Of a stretch of DNA of 64,000 nt, positions 1 to 9,483 are shown one piece after another. The notes under the pieces are model-generated. The model saw nothing but the letters and a program-made list of their open reading frames with translations, had not been told where the DNA came from and searched no databases. The stretch is from Gemmatimonadota bacterium (lineage in GTDB: Bacteria > Gemmatimonadota > Gemmatimonadetes > Longimicrobiales > Gaopeijiaceae): the NCBI GenBank assembly GCA_039589315.1, contig JBDHHQ010000003.1, forward strand, positions 64,001 to 128,000, in the 5' to 3' direction. The position numbers and the translations under genes were made by a program. The number at the start of each line of letters is the position of its first letter. The first letter of the stretch is position 1.

Positions 1-1
1 C

Positions 2-208
2 CGCCATGACGTCCAAACCCGTGACGCCGGGCATCTTGACGTCCGTGAGCACGATGTCGGGGCGGGTCGATTCCATCGCGGCGAGGGCCTCCCTGCCTCC
101 CTGCGCCACCACCGCCCGGTACCCTTCGCCCTTGAACAGGATGCGAAGCGAGTCGAGGATGCTCGTTTCGTCATCCACGATGAGTATGCTTACCGGATCC
201 CCGCTCAT
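2..208 (-). CDS. pilR: Response regulator, N-terminal receiver domain (runs off the window edge); probably PilR/NtrC-like
   Basis: Not in the ORF track. Manual translation from ATG at 208 with AGGAGG RBS gives MSGDPVSILIVDDETSILDSLRILFKGEGY...PDIVLTDVKMPGVTGLDVMA. Lies directly downstream of the PilS-like kinase. The symbol comes from context; the AAA+ domain is not visible. Confidence 0.7.
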   Translation of the reverse strand, partial: MSGDPVSILIVDDETSILDSLRILFKGEGYRAVVAQGGREALAAMESTRPDIVLTDVKMPGVTGLDVMA

Positions 209-251
209 CCTCGCGCCTCCTGACGCGTGCTTGGCCACCGTACCCGGCGTG

Positions 252-1919
252 CTACGCTACTTGCGCGCCGCCGTCGGCCGACCTGGGAAGATAGATGATG
301 AACTCGGCTCCCCCCTCCGGGGCCCGCTCGACGAAGACGGCCCCGTGATGCGCCTCGACCGCGCGATGCACCACCGCGAGACCCATCCCACTCCCTCCCT
401 CCCGGGTCGTGAAGAACGGATCGAAGATCCGCGATACCTGCTTCGGATCGATGCCGGGGCCCGAGTCCTGGACACTGAATCGCACGGGTGAGTCCACCGC
501 TCCCTGCAACGCGCCCTCTCCTTCTGGCCGTGCCTGAAGCTGGACCCGCACGACACCCTCGAAGCCCGAGAACTGAACCGCGTTCAAGAGGAGGTTGAAG
601 ACGGCACGGTGCAGGAGATCGCCGTCTCCCGGAATCCATACTTCCTCTTCGAGCCCGGAGCATTCGAGCCGGACCCCTCCGCCGACCTCGGGATGCTGTT
701 CGAGGACGGCGGTGCACTCCCGGACCAACCGAGCGAAGTCGACCTCCTCCCGTTGGCCCATCTTGAGGGAGCTGAACTCGAGAAACTCGGTCAGCAGCCG
801 GCTCAGCCGATCGGACTCGGTCAGCACCAGCCTTCCGAGCACCTCCCGGTCCTCTTCACCGAGGGTCGGCTTGGTGATCTGCTCGACGCTCGAACGGATC
901 GACGCCAGCGGGTTCTTGATCTCGTGGGCGAGAGAGGCGGCCAGCTCGGCGATGACCTCGATGCGGTCGGCCCGCCGATCGAGAGCCTTCAGCTGCTCCT
1001 GGTCCGTGATGTCCTGGAAGATGGCCGTCACCGACGGCCGTTCCTCCGGATCGTGCGAGACCACGGTCGTGCTGATGCCCAGCGTGCTCTCCCTGCCACC
1101 GCGGCGCGCTACGGTCTTGAACCGCGCGAGGGGTCGTCGTTCCTCGGCCGTCCAGACGAGGACCTTGCCCAGGTCGGGCGCGACCTCCGCCACCGCCTCC
1201 AACACGGGTTGGGCGTCCCAGTCCTCCGCCTTGATGCCCAGGAGCTCCTCGCCCGCAGGGTTCAGGTACACGACCCCCCCCGAACCGTCCACGGTCAGGA
1301 TGCCCGTCTGGATGTTCGCCAGGATGTCGTCGGTGGTGATCCGCAGCCGTTGGAGCTGGGACTCGACCGTGCCGAGGGCGATGCCCGCCCGCCGGACCCG
1401 ATCGCCCAGCCATCCGGTGATGATGGCCACGAGGCCGAACAGGCCCATCTGCAGGAAGATCGGTGCCGAGAACGGCTCGCCGTGTCCCACCACCGCATCG
1501 GCAAAGTAGAACACGCTGCACAGAAACCCGACCAGCACTCCGCCGGGAAGCGGCAGGAGCAGAGCGCCCAGGCTGATGACGAGGATGTAGAGGGGAGCGA
1601 ACACACTGTCGCCGCCGCCGGTGTGGTGCACGAGCAGGGTGACGAGCAGCGAGTCGAAGAGGATCTGAAGGTAGAGGAACCCGACCGGTATCCGGCCCGC
1701 CATGGCTCGGGAGTACCACGCCGAGAGGGCGGTCATCCCCATCACGCCGGCAAACGCCCCTAAGAGGAGCAGGGAGATCACCGGCGGGTCGCCGCCCAAC
1801 CATCCGAGGGTCGCGGCCAGGAGCAGCGCCGTGGCCAGGGTGGCGCGCCCGAGGAACAGCCACCGAAGGAGATCCTCCTTGCCGAACGCCAGGCGAGACC
1901 CGGCGGGTTGGATCCTCAG
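252..1919 (-). CDS. pilS: Membrane sensor histidine kinase with PAS domain, PilS-like
   Basis: About 6 TM helices with PilS-type HHTGGGDSVFAPLY, PAS, H-box LAHEIKNPL, N-box NLLLNAVQ, DSGPG, FDPFFTT and GSGMGL. Start uncertain: ORF is open to 1982, with ATG at 1943 or CTG at 1919 behind GGGAGG. Confidence 0.8.
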   Translation of the reverse strand: MRIQPAGSRLAFGKEDLLRWLFLGRATLATALLLAATLGWLGGDPPVISLLLLGAFAGVMGMTALSAWYSRAMAGRIPVGFLYLQILFDSLLVTLLVHHTGGGDSVFAPLYILVISLGALLLPLPGGVLVGFLCSVFYFADAVVGHGEPFSAPIFLQMGLFGLVAIITGWLGDRVRRAGIALGTVESQLQRLRITTDDILANIQTGILTVDGSGGVVYLNPAGEELLGIKAEDWDAQPVLEAVAEVAPDLGKVLVWTAEERRPLARFKTVARRGGRESTLGISTTVVSHDPEERPSVTAIFQDITDQEQLKALDRRADRIEVIAELAASLAHEIKNPLASIRSSVEQITKPTLGEEDREVLGRLVLTESDRLSRLLTEFLEFSSLKMGQREEVDFARLVRECTAVLEQHPEVGGGVRLECSGLEEEVWIPGDGDLLHRAVFNLLLNAVQFSGFEGVVRVQLQARPEGEGALQGAVDSPVRFSVQDSGPGIDPKQVSRIFDPFFTTREGGSGMGLAVVHRAVEAHHGAVFVERAPEGGAEFIIYLPRSADGGAQVA

Positions 1920-1937
1920 ATCGAGCCTCCCAACTAG

Positions 1938-1949
1938 AAACATTTGTTC
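1938..1949. promoter_or_regulatory. Candidate operator AAACATTTGTTC upstream of pilS-pilR
   Basis: AT-rich near-palindrome; similar 12-mers at 8372, 22604 and 41477. Confidence 0.4.
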
Positions 1950-1967
1950 CGTAACAATACAGACGCT

Positions 1968-2005
1968 TCTGGCAGTGTGCAAGGGCCATGTCTGGCAATT
2001 TGCAA
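1968..2005. promoter_or_regulatory. Two tandem TCTGGCA-N3-TGCAA sites, candidate regulator binding sites
   Basis: TCTGGCAGTGTGCAA at 1968-1982 and TCTGGCAATTTGCAA at 1991-2005, 23-bp period. Confidence 0.4.
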
Positions 2006-2045
2006 TCCTGTAGAACGGCGGGTGTGATCCGGCTTCCGAAGGGGG

Positions 2046-2633
2046 TCAGCGCGATGATTCGGGGCCTGGCGGCCGTGGCGGAGAGGGGGCGGGCGGCCGC
2101 AGGACCGAGAGCTCGGCCACCAGATCCCGGATACGGCGGATCTGGCGTTGGATGGTCTCCAGAGATTCCCGCAGCTCGCCCTCGTCGACGTCCATCAGGA
2201 GCAGCTGCGTCTCGGCCAGCGCCGACGTGAGCGGATTGTTGATGTCGTGGCGGGCCCGCGCCACGTGCCGGAGCACCACGCCCAGCTCCAGCACCGGAGC
2301 CACGGAATCGGGGCGGGCGGCGGTGAGGACGTCGTCCAGGGATTGGAGGTACCCCATGGAGATGGGTAGCGCAGAGACGGCACCGTCCTCGGTCCACTCC
2401 AGGTGGATCACGCCCCAGTGCCCGCCCCGCACCCTGAGCTCGCGGCTCATCCCGGCCGCGTCGGCCAACGAGACGCCCGGGCCGACCAGAACCAGGCCGG
2501 CGGGCAGGTCGGATGTCGTGAGCAACTCGGCGACCGACAGGAAGGTCGCGACGCCTTCGGGTAGGCGGGGCCCCACCCGCTCGGCGTGTTGCGCGGGCGC
2601 CACGAGGGCTGTGATGGCGGTGTTGGCGTGCAT
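2046..2633 (-). CDS. HisKA/DHp phosphoacceptor-domain protein lacking the HATPase domain
   Basis: C-terminal ARHDINNPLTSALAETQLLL...LETIQRQIRRIRDLVAEL followed by a Pro-rich tail and stop. Start assumed at MHANT (2633); ORF is open to 2783. Confidence 0.7.
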   Translation of the reverse strand: MHANTAITALVAPAQHAERVGPRLPEGVATFLSVAELLTTSDLPAGLVLVGPGVSLADAAGMSRELRVRGGHWGVIHLEWTEDGAVSALPISMGYLQSLDDVLTAARPDSVAPVLELGVVLRHVARARHDINNPLTSALAETQLLLMDVDEGELRESLETIQRQIRRIRDLVAELSVLRPPAPSPPRPPGPESSR

Positions 2634-2806
2634 CGAGAGCGACTCCGGCGGGCGGGGCTCGGGCCCGCTGTCCCGAATGGAAGCGCGTGACATGCGAAAG
2701 GGGAAGTCTAGAGTCCGCCCCCGGCTCTCGCCAGACGGGTACGTGGGGGTGCGGTGCGAGGACCGGCAGGTCAGATTGGGCATCGCAACCCCAGGAGAGA
2801 CGCCTC

Positions 2807-4513
2807 ATGATCCAGTCGTCCCTGCTCGCCGCCGCTCGGGGCGAGCGACCTGCCGACGTCCTGTTCAAGGGCGGCATGGTGGCCAACGTTCTTACCTCCG
2901 AGCTCGAGCGGGTGGACGTGGCCGTGACCGAAGGCCGGGTGGCCGGGTTGGGTACCGACTACGAAGCGGCCCACGTCGTGGACGTATCGGGGCGATTCCT
3001 CTTCCCGGGCTACCTGGACGCCCACGTCCACATCGAGTCGAGCCTGGCGACGCCCGCAGAATTCGCCAGGGCGGTGGTCCCCCGCGGCACGACCACCGTG
3101 GTCTGTGACCCTCACGAGATCGCCAACGTGCACGGCCTCGCGGGGATCCACTACATGCTGAGGTGCAGCGAGAACCTGCCACTCTCCGTGCTGGTGATGG
3201 CCAGCTCCTGCGTGCCCGCCACTCACATGGGGACCGCCGGTGCCGAGCTCACCGCGGGGGACCTCTCGTCGCTCCTGACCCACGATCGCGTGCTGGGTCT
3301 CGCCGAGGTCATGAACTTCCCCGGCGTCATCGACGGGCACCCGGACGTGCTGGCCAAGATCGACGCGTTCCGTGGTCTTCCCGTCGACGGCCACGCCCCG
3401 AGTGTCCGTGGCGCTCACCTCAACGCCTACGTGGTGGGTGGTCCCATGTCGGACCACGAGTGTACGACGCCGGAAGAAGCGCTGGAGAAGCTCCGCCGTG
3501 GGCTGTGGCTGTTCCTGCGGGAGGCCACCAATGCCCGGAATCTGCGGGACCTCCTTCCGGCGTTGACGGCCGAGAACCGTCGCCGGGTCGCCCTTTGTAC
3601 GGATGACCGTCAGCCGCCTGATCTCCTGGACGAGGGCGGCGTGGATCACATGCTGCGGGTCCTGGTGGAGTCGGGGATCGAACCGGTCGAGGCGCTTCGG
3701 TTGGCCACGTTGAACCCGGCCGAGTACTTCGGCCTCCGGGACCGCGGCGCCATTGCTCCAGGACGACGGGCAGACGTCGTGGTGGTGTCCGACCTCCACT
3801 CCTTCGCGGCGGAGGACGTCTTCGTGGGGGGAACGCTCGTGGCCCGTTCGGGCGAGGCGCTCCCCTGGAGCCTCCCTCCGCCGCCCCCGCCGCCGGCACC
3901 GTCGATGCGGGTGGAGTGGGACCGCGTGGACCTGTCCATCCCCGCTCGCGGAGACCGGGTCAGGGTGATCCGCGTGGTGCCCGATCAGATCGTCACGGAT
4001 ACCGGCGTCACGCGACCGAGGGTGGTCGACGGCATGGTGGCGGCGGACCCTGTCCGGGACCTCCTGAAGATCGCGGTCATCGAGCGACATACGGGAAGCG
4101 GCAGGGTCGGCCTCGGCATCGTCCAGGGGATGGGCCTGGCCGAAGGTGCCCTGGCCAGCACCGTGGCGCACGACCACCACAACATCATCGTCGTGGGCGT
4201 GGACGACCGCTCCATGCTGTCAGCGGCCCGTGCGGTGGCCGCGGAGGGCGGTGGCCTGGCTGTCGCCCGGGGAGACGGCGTGCTCGCCACGCTCCCGCTT
4301 CCTGTCGCCGGGCTGATGTCGGATCGACCCATGGATCGGGTGCGCCAGGGGCTGGAGGCGGTGCTCGAGGCGGCACGGAACCTGGGCTCCGGCCTACACG
4401 ACCCGTTCATGGCCCTCTCGTTCCTGGGACTCGAGGTGATCCCGTCACTCAAGATCACGGACCGGGGCCTCGTCGACGTGGACGCCTTCCAGCTCGTGGA
4501 TTTGTGGGCTTGA
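2807..4513 (+). CDS. ade: Adenine deaminase
   Basis: PGYLDAHVHIESS, DPHEIANV, GLAEVMNFPGV, DGHAP, DHEC, CTDD, STVAHDHHN; RBS AGGAGA. Confidence 0.93.
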   Translation: MIQSSLLAAARGERPADVLFKGGMVANVLTSELERVDVAVTEGRVAGLGTDYEAAHVVDVSGRFLFPGYLDAHVHIESSLATPAEFARAVVPRGTTTVVCDPHEIANVHGLAGIHYMLRCSENLPLSVLVMASSCVPATHMGTAGAELTAGDLSSLLTHDRVLGLAEVMNFPGVIDGHPDVLAKIDAFRGLPVDGHAPSVRGAHLNAYVVGGPMSDHECTTPEEALEKLRRGLWLFLREATNARNLRDLLPALTAENRRRVALCTDDRQPPDLLDEGGVDHMLRVLVESGIEPVEALRLATLNPAEYFGLRDRGAIAPGRRADVVVVSDLHSFAAEDVFVGGTLVARSGEALPWSLPPPPPPPAPSMRVEWDRVDLSIPARGDRVRVIRVVPDQIVTDTGVTRPRVVDGMVAADPVRDLLKIAVIERHTGSGRVGLGIVQGMGLAEGALASTVAHDHHNIIVVGVDDRSMLSAARAVAAEGGGLAVARGDGVLATLPLPVAGLMSDRPMDRVRQGLEAVLEAARNLGSGLHDPFMALSFLGLEVIPSLKITDRGLVDVDAFQLVDLWA

Positions 4514-6573
4514 GCGGCGCCACGCTCCTGGTCCGCCGGGGCCTGGGCGTGGCCGTGCTGGTCCTGTCGCTGCTCCCCGTCTACCGCCTGCTGGACGATC
4601 CCTCCGCCGGGCCGGCCGGCCAGGCCACGGTGCGTCTCGGCGACGCGACGCTCTCGCTGGTGTGGTGGAGTCTCCTGATCGTCGGGGCCGGGGCGCTCGG
4701 CCTCGGACGCCTGATCCCCCGGGCCGACCCCGCCGACCTCCTGCGACGGTTGGACAGCCGGCTGGCCGGGCTCCGCCCCTCCGGCCTCGCCCTGACCGCC
4801 GCGGTGGTCGGCGCCCTCCTCGCCCTCGCGGTGGGCCACTTCGTCTTCCAGGGGTATCCCACGCTTCTGGACGAGATGGCCCAGCTGCTGCACGCACGGT
4901 TCTTCGCGGTGGGGCGGCTGGCCGGCCTCCAGCCGGACCCGGCTGCCTCCTGGATCATCCAGAACACGCTGGTGACCGATGCCGGGTGGGTGTCCCAATA
5001 CCCCCCGTTCCACACGGGACTCCTGTCGTTGGGGCTCGCGTTCGGGGGCCTGGGCCTGACCGGACCGATGGCCACCCTGGTCATGCTGCTCTGCACCGCT
5101 GCCATCGCCCGGCGACTCCTACCAGACCAGTCGTCCATTGTCCGGTGGAGCGCGGTGCTGGCTGCCACCAGCCCCTTCGTCCTCGCGCTCGGGGCGGGAT
5201 ACCTGAGCCACGTGACCGCAGCCGCCCTCACCGCGGCGGGCCTGTGGGCGGGCCTCCGGGCCCGTGACGGGAGCGCCGGATGGGCATTGCTCGCGGGTCT
5301 CCTGGCCGGCGCCTTCGCCGCGACCCGCCCCTGGACGGCCCTCGTGCTGTCCGCGTTCTTCACGGCCGGGATCTGGATACCGCGCTGGAGAGAGGGTACG
5401 GGGGCCCGTTGGCTGACCGTCCGGATGGCCCTGGCTGCCCTCGGTAGCGCGCCCGGGGGGATCCTGCTGGCGGCTTACAACACGCGGGTGTTCGGCGGTC
5501 CCCTCCGGTTCGGCTACGCCGTGGCCCAGGGTCCGAGACACGGACTCGGGTGGCACGACGACCCATGGGGCAACGCCTATGGCCCGCTCGAAGCCCTGGG
5601 GTACACGGCGGCGGACCTCCTGCAGCTCGGCGTCCACCTCTTCGAGACCCCCATTCCCGCCACCGCCGCGGTCGGAGCGTTCCTGCTCCTCACCCCGCGG
5701 CTGGCGAGGGGGGCGACGGTCCTGATCTCCTGGGCGCTCCTCCCGGTGGCGGCCAACGCGTTCTATTGGCACCACGGATACCACCTGGGCCCCCGCATGC
5801 TCTTCGAGGCCGCGCCGGCCTGGATTCTCCTCACGGTCATCTCGGTAGGCGGCCTCATGACGATGCTGCCGGAGGGCTGGCCGGCTCGGTCGGCCCGGTG
5901 GGCGATCGTGCTTTCGGTGGCATGGGCCCTCGCGCTCGGTGTTCCGGGCCGGCTTCAGAACTACCGCTGGAGCCCCGACGCCCTGGCCCGCATGCAGGTG
6001 CCCACGGCGTCCGACACCACCTTGATCTTCGTCCATGGAGGGTGGTCGGGACGCCTGTCCGCTGAGCTGGCGGGCCGCGGGATGCGCCTGGATTCGGTGG
6101 AGACGGCCATCCGGCGCAACGACGCCTGCCGCGTCCAGACGTTTCTGTCGGTCTGGTCCGAGACGGGTACGCGCGAACCGGCAGCCGTCAGAGCGGGGCT
6201 GGACTTCCGCCCGCTTCCGGGCAACGCAGCTGGCCTCGAGATCGTCGAGATCTCTCCCGGTAGCACGGTTCGGGTTGATCGGACAGCGGCGCCATCACCC
6301 GAGTGCCGGCGGCAGGCGGCCGCCGATCGCCTGGGTGTCGTCGAGCTGGCTCCCCTGCTCTGGCAGGGCGATCTCCCCGGCATGGAAGGGGGAGCGCCCC
6401 TCTTCGTCCGGGATCTGGGCCCGGAGCGCAACGCCGAGCTTCTGGCGCGATATGGGGGCCGGAAAGCCATGATCCTGGTCTCCAGCAGCCCGGACCAACC
6501 CCCCGAGCTCGTACCCTACCAGGAGGGCATGGAGCGCATCTGGCCTGCGGTCACGGACGAGGCAGGTCGATGA
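4510..6573 (+). CDS. Polytopic membrane glycosyltransferase, GT-C (ArnT/PMT-like)
   Basis: Many TM segments, LLDEMAQL acidic loop motif, SQYPP, GPRMLFEA, soluble C-terminal domain; TTG start overlaps the ade stop. Confidence 0.65.
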   Translation: MSGATLLVRRGLGVAVLVLSLLPVYRLLDDPSAGPAGQATVRLGDATLSLVWWSLLIVGAGALGLGRLIPRADPADLLRRLDSRLAGLRPSGLALTAAVVGALLALAVGHFVFQGYPTLLDEMAQLLHARFFAVGRLAGLQPDPAASWIIQNTLVTDAGWVSQYPPFHTGLLSLGLAFGGLGLTGPMATLVMLLCTAAIARRLLPDQSSIVRWSAVLAATSPFVLALGAGYLSHVTAAALTAAGLWAGLRARDGSAGWALLAGLLAGAFAATRPWTALVLSAFFTAGIWIPRWREGTGARWLTVRMALAALGSAPGGILLAAYNTRVFGGPLRFGYAVAQGPRHGLGWHDDPWGNAYGPLEALGYTAADLLQLGVHLFETPIPATAAVGAFLLLTPRLARGATVLISWALLPVAANAFYWHHGYHLGPRMLFEAAPAWILLTVISVGGLMTMLPEGWPARSARWAIVLSVAWALALGVPGRLQNYRWSPDALARMQVPTASDTTLIFVHGGWSGRLSAELAGRGMRLDSVETAIRRNDACRVQTFLSVWSETGTREPAAVRAGLDFRPLPGNAAGLEIVEISPGSTVRVDRTAAPSPECRRQAAADRLGVVELAPLLWQGDLPGMEGGAPLFVRDLGPERNAELLARYGGRKAMILVSSSPDQPPELVPYQEGMERIWPAVTDEAGR

Positions 6574-7168
6574 TCCGACCGAGGAGCGCGTACCGCGACC
6601 CCCACAGCCGGCCTACGGGCCTGAGGCTGCTGGAGTCCGCGTAGAGGCTGTCCGGCACCAACTCGAGCTCCCCGGAAAGGCGCACGGCCAGCACCTCGCC
6701 GATCACGAGTGCGGCGGCGGCGTCCCCCAGATCCACCTCCTTGAAGAGCCGGCAGGCGAAGACGGCCGGACAGTCCTCCACGTAAGGGGCGTCCACGGCT
6801 TCGGCCGCCGCCATGGTCAGGCCGGCCTCCCGGAACTCGTCCACGCCCGGCGGGTGACTCGCCGCGGTCGCGTTCATGGCTTCCAGGTGGCCTTCCGTCA
6901 CCACGTTGACGCAAAAGGCGCCCGTCGTCCGGATGTTCACCAGGGAGTCCTTCGGGCCGTCCTCGCGCCGCCCTATCGACACACCCACGAGCATGGGGGT
7001 CGCGGAGAGGGCGGAGAAGTAGCTGAAGGGGGCCAGGTTGGGCACGCGATCTCCCCCCCACGAGCCGATCCAGCCGATCGGCCGCGGCACGATCAGCGAC
7101 GTGAGGAGTTGGTAGCGTTGGCGGTGCGTGAGGGCCCCGGTCTCCAGGATTCGAGGGTTGACGCTCAT
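6551..7168 (-). CDS. Flavin reductase-like FMN-binding protein (DIM6/NTAB family)
   Basis: YQLLTSLIVPRPIGWI, NLAPFSYF, KDSLVNIRTTGAFCVNVV, VGRLWG. Confidence 0.88.
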   Translation of the reverse strand: MSVNPRILETGALTHRQRYQLLTSLIVPRPIGWIGSWGGDRVPNLAPFSYFSALSATPMLVGVSIGRREDGPKDSLVNIRTTGAFCVNVVTEGHLEAMNATAASHPPGVDEFREAGLTMAAAEAVDAPYVEDCPAVFACRLFKEVDLGDAAAALVIGEVLAVRLSGELELVPDSLYADSSSLRPVGRLWGSRYALLGRIIDLPRP

Positions 7169-7406
7169 GGCCCATCTGGATGGGGTTCGGGGTAAGCCGG
7201 CAGATCGGGCGCGGCGGGGCGGTACGATCGTTACGAGGAGGGGAAGCTACGGGGCGAGGCAGCCCCTGAGAAGAGCCGTCCGGCGACCGTCCGTGGTGGG
7301 GCTATCCGGGGGACTGTCCGTTGTTGGCGCTTCCGGGTGGCCAGACGGCGATGTGGTCCGAGGCAGGACGTGCCGCCGATGAGGCCCCGGGTGGCGCGCG
7401 GTGACG

Positions 7407-8243
7407 CTACCGCGTGCTCGGGACGGTGAGAAGCTGCCCTGCGTAGATCCTGCTGCCCCGGATCTCGTTGGCCGACTGGAGCCGCTCCACGGTGGTGCCG
7501 TGCCGCTCCGCGATGCCCCACAGCGAGTCCCCGGAGCGCACCCGGTACTCGAGCGGGCCGGCCGCGGCGGTCCGTGTGGCCTCGGAGGTTCGCCTGGCCT
7601 CGGCGGTTCCCGTGGCCTCGGCGGTTCGCGTGGCCTCGGCGATGCTCGCCGTCGTCATGCGCTTCACGTAGCCCGCGTACTGGTTGGCAAAGAGAGCCAC
7701 GTGGTAGTGAGGCGGACGCCGCTCCCGGGTCGCCTCCAGAACGCCGCTTCCCTCCAGCGACAGGAGAACGTTCTCGATCCACGACCGGCACGCACGGTTG
7801 TTGCTCCGGCGCAGGTCTACCGCCATGCCCGTCGGATGGACCGACCGGGACGACGCGTTGGACGGCTGACGTGAATGTGGCCGCGTGAGGCTCGTGACGA
7901 CGAGCTGCTCGCCGCACGCGTTCCGGTATTGCCCCGCGAGGCGCCGCACGAAGAGCGCGACTTCGGGGCGGGTGTAGGGGAACGAAACGTCGTGAAGGCG
8001 GAAGTCCCGGTCGCTCCTGAGGCGGACGAGGTATCCGGCGTTGGCGAACCGCTCCACCTGAGAGGAGCTCCGGAGGTAGGTGTAGTCGTGGTCCTGTGCC
8101 ACCCGGTTCTGGCGGTCCAGCGAGCTGGACGAGCCCCTGAGGCTCTGTCCCAAAGCACGCTCGGCGGGCACGCTGAGCGCGAGCCCGACCAAGAGGGCGA
8201 TGGCCGCCCGGCGGCCGTGTCGATACCAGTCAGCCCTGACCAT
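7407..8243 (-). CDS. Secreted peptidase M15-like (DUF5715-type) protein with C-terminal LysM domain
   Basis: Signal peptide; LVVTSLTRP, SVHPTGMAVDL (H-x6-D) and PPHYHV (HxH) zinc motifs; LysM YRVRSGDSLWGIAERHGTTVERLQSAN. Confidence 0.8.
   Translation of the reverse strand: MVRADWYRHGRRAAIALLVGLALSVPAERALGQSLRGSSSSLDRQNRVAQDHDYTYLRSSSQVERFANAGYLVRLRSDRDFRLHDVSFPYTRPEVALFVRRLAGQYRNACGEQLVVTSLTRPHSRQPSNASSRSVHPTGMAVDLRRSNNRACRSWIENVLLSLEGSGVLEATRERRPPHYHVALFANQYAGYVKRMTTASIAEATRTAEATGTAEARRTSEATRTAAAGPLEYRVRSGDSLWGIAERHGTTVERLQSANEIRGSRIYAGQLLTVPSTR
7569..7640. repeat. 4 x 18-bp in-frame tandem repeat encoding the (AEATRT)-like linker
   Basis: ggtccgtgtggcctcgga / ggttcgcctggcctcggc / ggttcccgtggcctcggc / ggttcgcgtggcctcggc. 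Confidence 0.9.
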
Positions 8244-8360
8244 GCAACGCGTCCGGATCTCCTGCTCTTTTCTGCTTCTACCAGCCCCCGGCGCCGGCGC
8301 CTACCTGCCATCTGATCAAGGCGGTCTGCTTTGCGCCACTGCCCCACGGGGGGGTCCGGA

Positions 8361-8383
8361 AGACAATGTCTAAACAGATGTGT
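8361..8383. promoter_or_regulatory. Candidate operator upstream of the LysM gene: palindrome AGACAATGTCT abutting AAACAGATGTGT
   Basis: Seen directly; about 128 nt upstream of the start at 8243. Confidence 0.4.
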
Positions 8384-8624
8384 CTCGGAACACAAGGAAA
8401 ACCGTGACCCACACGGTAACGGCCTCCCCGCTGGAGTATCGACCGATCGGGGTCAAGTATTGATGCCCTCCTGCCCGTGTAACTCCAGCCTCCGCCCTCG
8501 AGTTCCGCGACGTGCCGGGGCCTCCTGACGGGCCTCGCGGAGCCCCGGGAGCGCGGACCGGGGCGGACCGGGAGCCTGGCTCGTGGCTGAATGCCGCGGG
8601 GACCGTTCCCCTGCCGGCGGCGCG

Positions 8625-9266
8625 TCAGCGCACCGAGTGGATCCAACCGCCCTTGGCTTCCTCGAACTTGGCAGCCACCGCATCCCAGCTCACGACGTTC
8701 CAGAACGCCGTCAGGTAGTCGGGCCGACGGTTCTGGTAGTTCAGGTAGTAGGCGTGCTCCCACACGTCGACACCGAGGATCGGCGTGTCGCTCCGAGTCA
8801 ACGGCGAATCCTGGTTGGCGGTGGAATAGACCTTCAGCTCGCCGAACGGATCGACCACGAGCCAGCCCCAGCCGGATCCGAAGCGGGCGCCCGCGGCCGC
8901 GTTGAAGGCGTCCTTGAAGCCCTCGAGGGAGCCGAAGGCTCCGTCGATGGAGGCCGCCAGGTCACCGGACGGAGCAGAGGCTCCGCCGGGAGCGATCACC
9001 TCCCAGAAGAGGGAGTGATTGTGATACCCACCGCCGTTGTTGCGCACGGCAGAGCGAATGGCGTCCGGCAAGGCGTGCAGCCCCAGCAGGAGTTGGGACG
9101 CGGAGTACTCGTGGTAGGCCGGATAGCCTTCGAGGGCTCCGTTCAGCTTGTTGGTGTAGCCCGCGTGATGCTTGCCGTGGTGGATCCGCATCGTGCGCTC
9201 GTCGATGTGGGGTTCGAGCGCGTCGTGATCGAATCCCAGCTCGGGGAGTTGGAACGGGTAGGCCAT
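8625..9266 (-). CDS. sodA: Superoxide dismutase, probably Mn-type
   Basis: HHGKHHAGY, NNGGGYHNH, FGSGWGWL, TANQD, DVWEHAYY. Confidence 0.95.
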   Translation of the reverse strand: MAYPFQLPELGFDHDALEPHIDERTMRIHHGKHHAGYTNKLNGALEGYPAYHEYSASQLLLGLHALPDAIRSAVRNNGGGYHNHSLFWEVIAPGGASAPSGDLAASIDGAFGSLEGFKDAFNAAAGARFGSGWGWLVVDPFGELKVYSTANQDSPLTRSDTPILGVDVWEHAYYLNYQNRRPDYLTAFWNVVSWDAVAAKFEEAKGGWIHSVR

Positions 9267-9483
9267 CGAAGTCCTCCTTGGTGCGGGAGCGGGTTGGGTT
9301 CGAATCCGGTTTTCGAGACGGCACCCTCGGGATATCTTCGGGGTGAGGGAGCGAGGGCGGCCGAGCCCCCTCCATGGCCGGAAATGGAATTACGGAGACA
9401 GGACCGCTTTGGCAAATCCACGTGGGGAGCCTGGAAGCCGTACCCACCCCTCGGGAGCCCGGAGCCCATCCGAACCCGGCCGG

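Noticed and set aside
1989..2010. Sigma54 promoter from TGGCA/TTGCA words
   Set aside because: Plus-strand spacing is wrong; the minus-strand GG-N10-GC lacks the TGGCAC context.
8290..8360. Possible c-di-GMP-I riboswitch in the LysM gene leader (minus strand GGCGCAAAGC...GCC...TGGCAGGT...GCC)
   Set aside because: Only the 3' half resembles the consensus; the 5' GGCAAA...GNRA arm and tetraloop receptor are missing. An Infernal search would settle it.
9267..9483. SOS box upstream of dinB
   Set aside because: No recognisable LexA-type motif found by eye.
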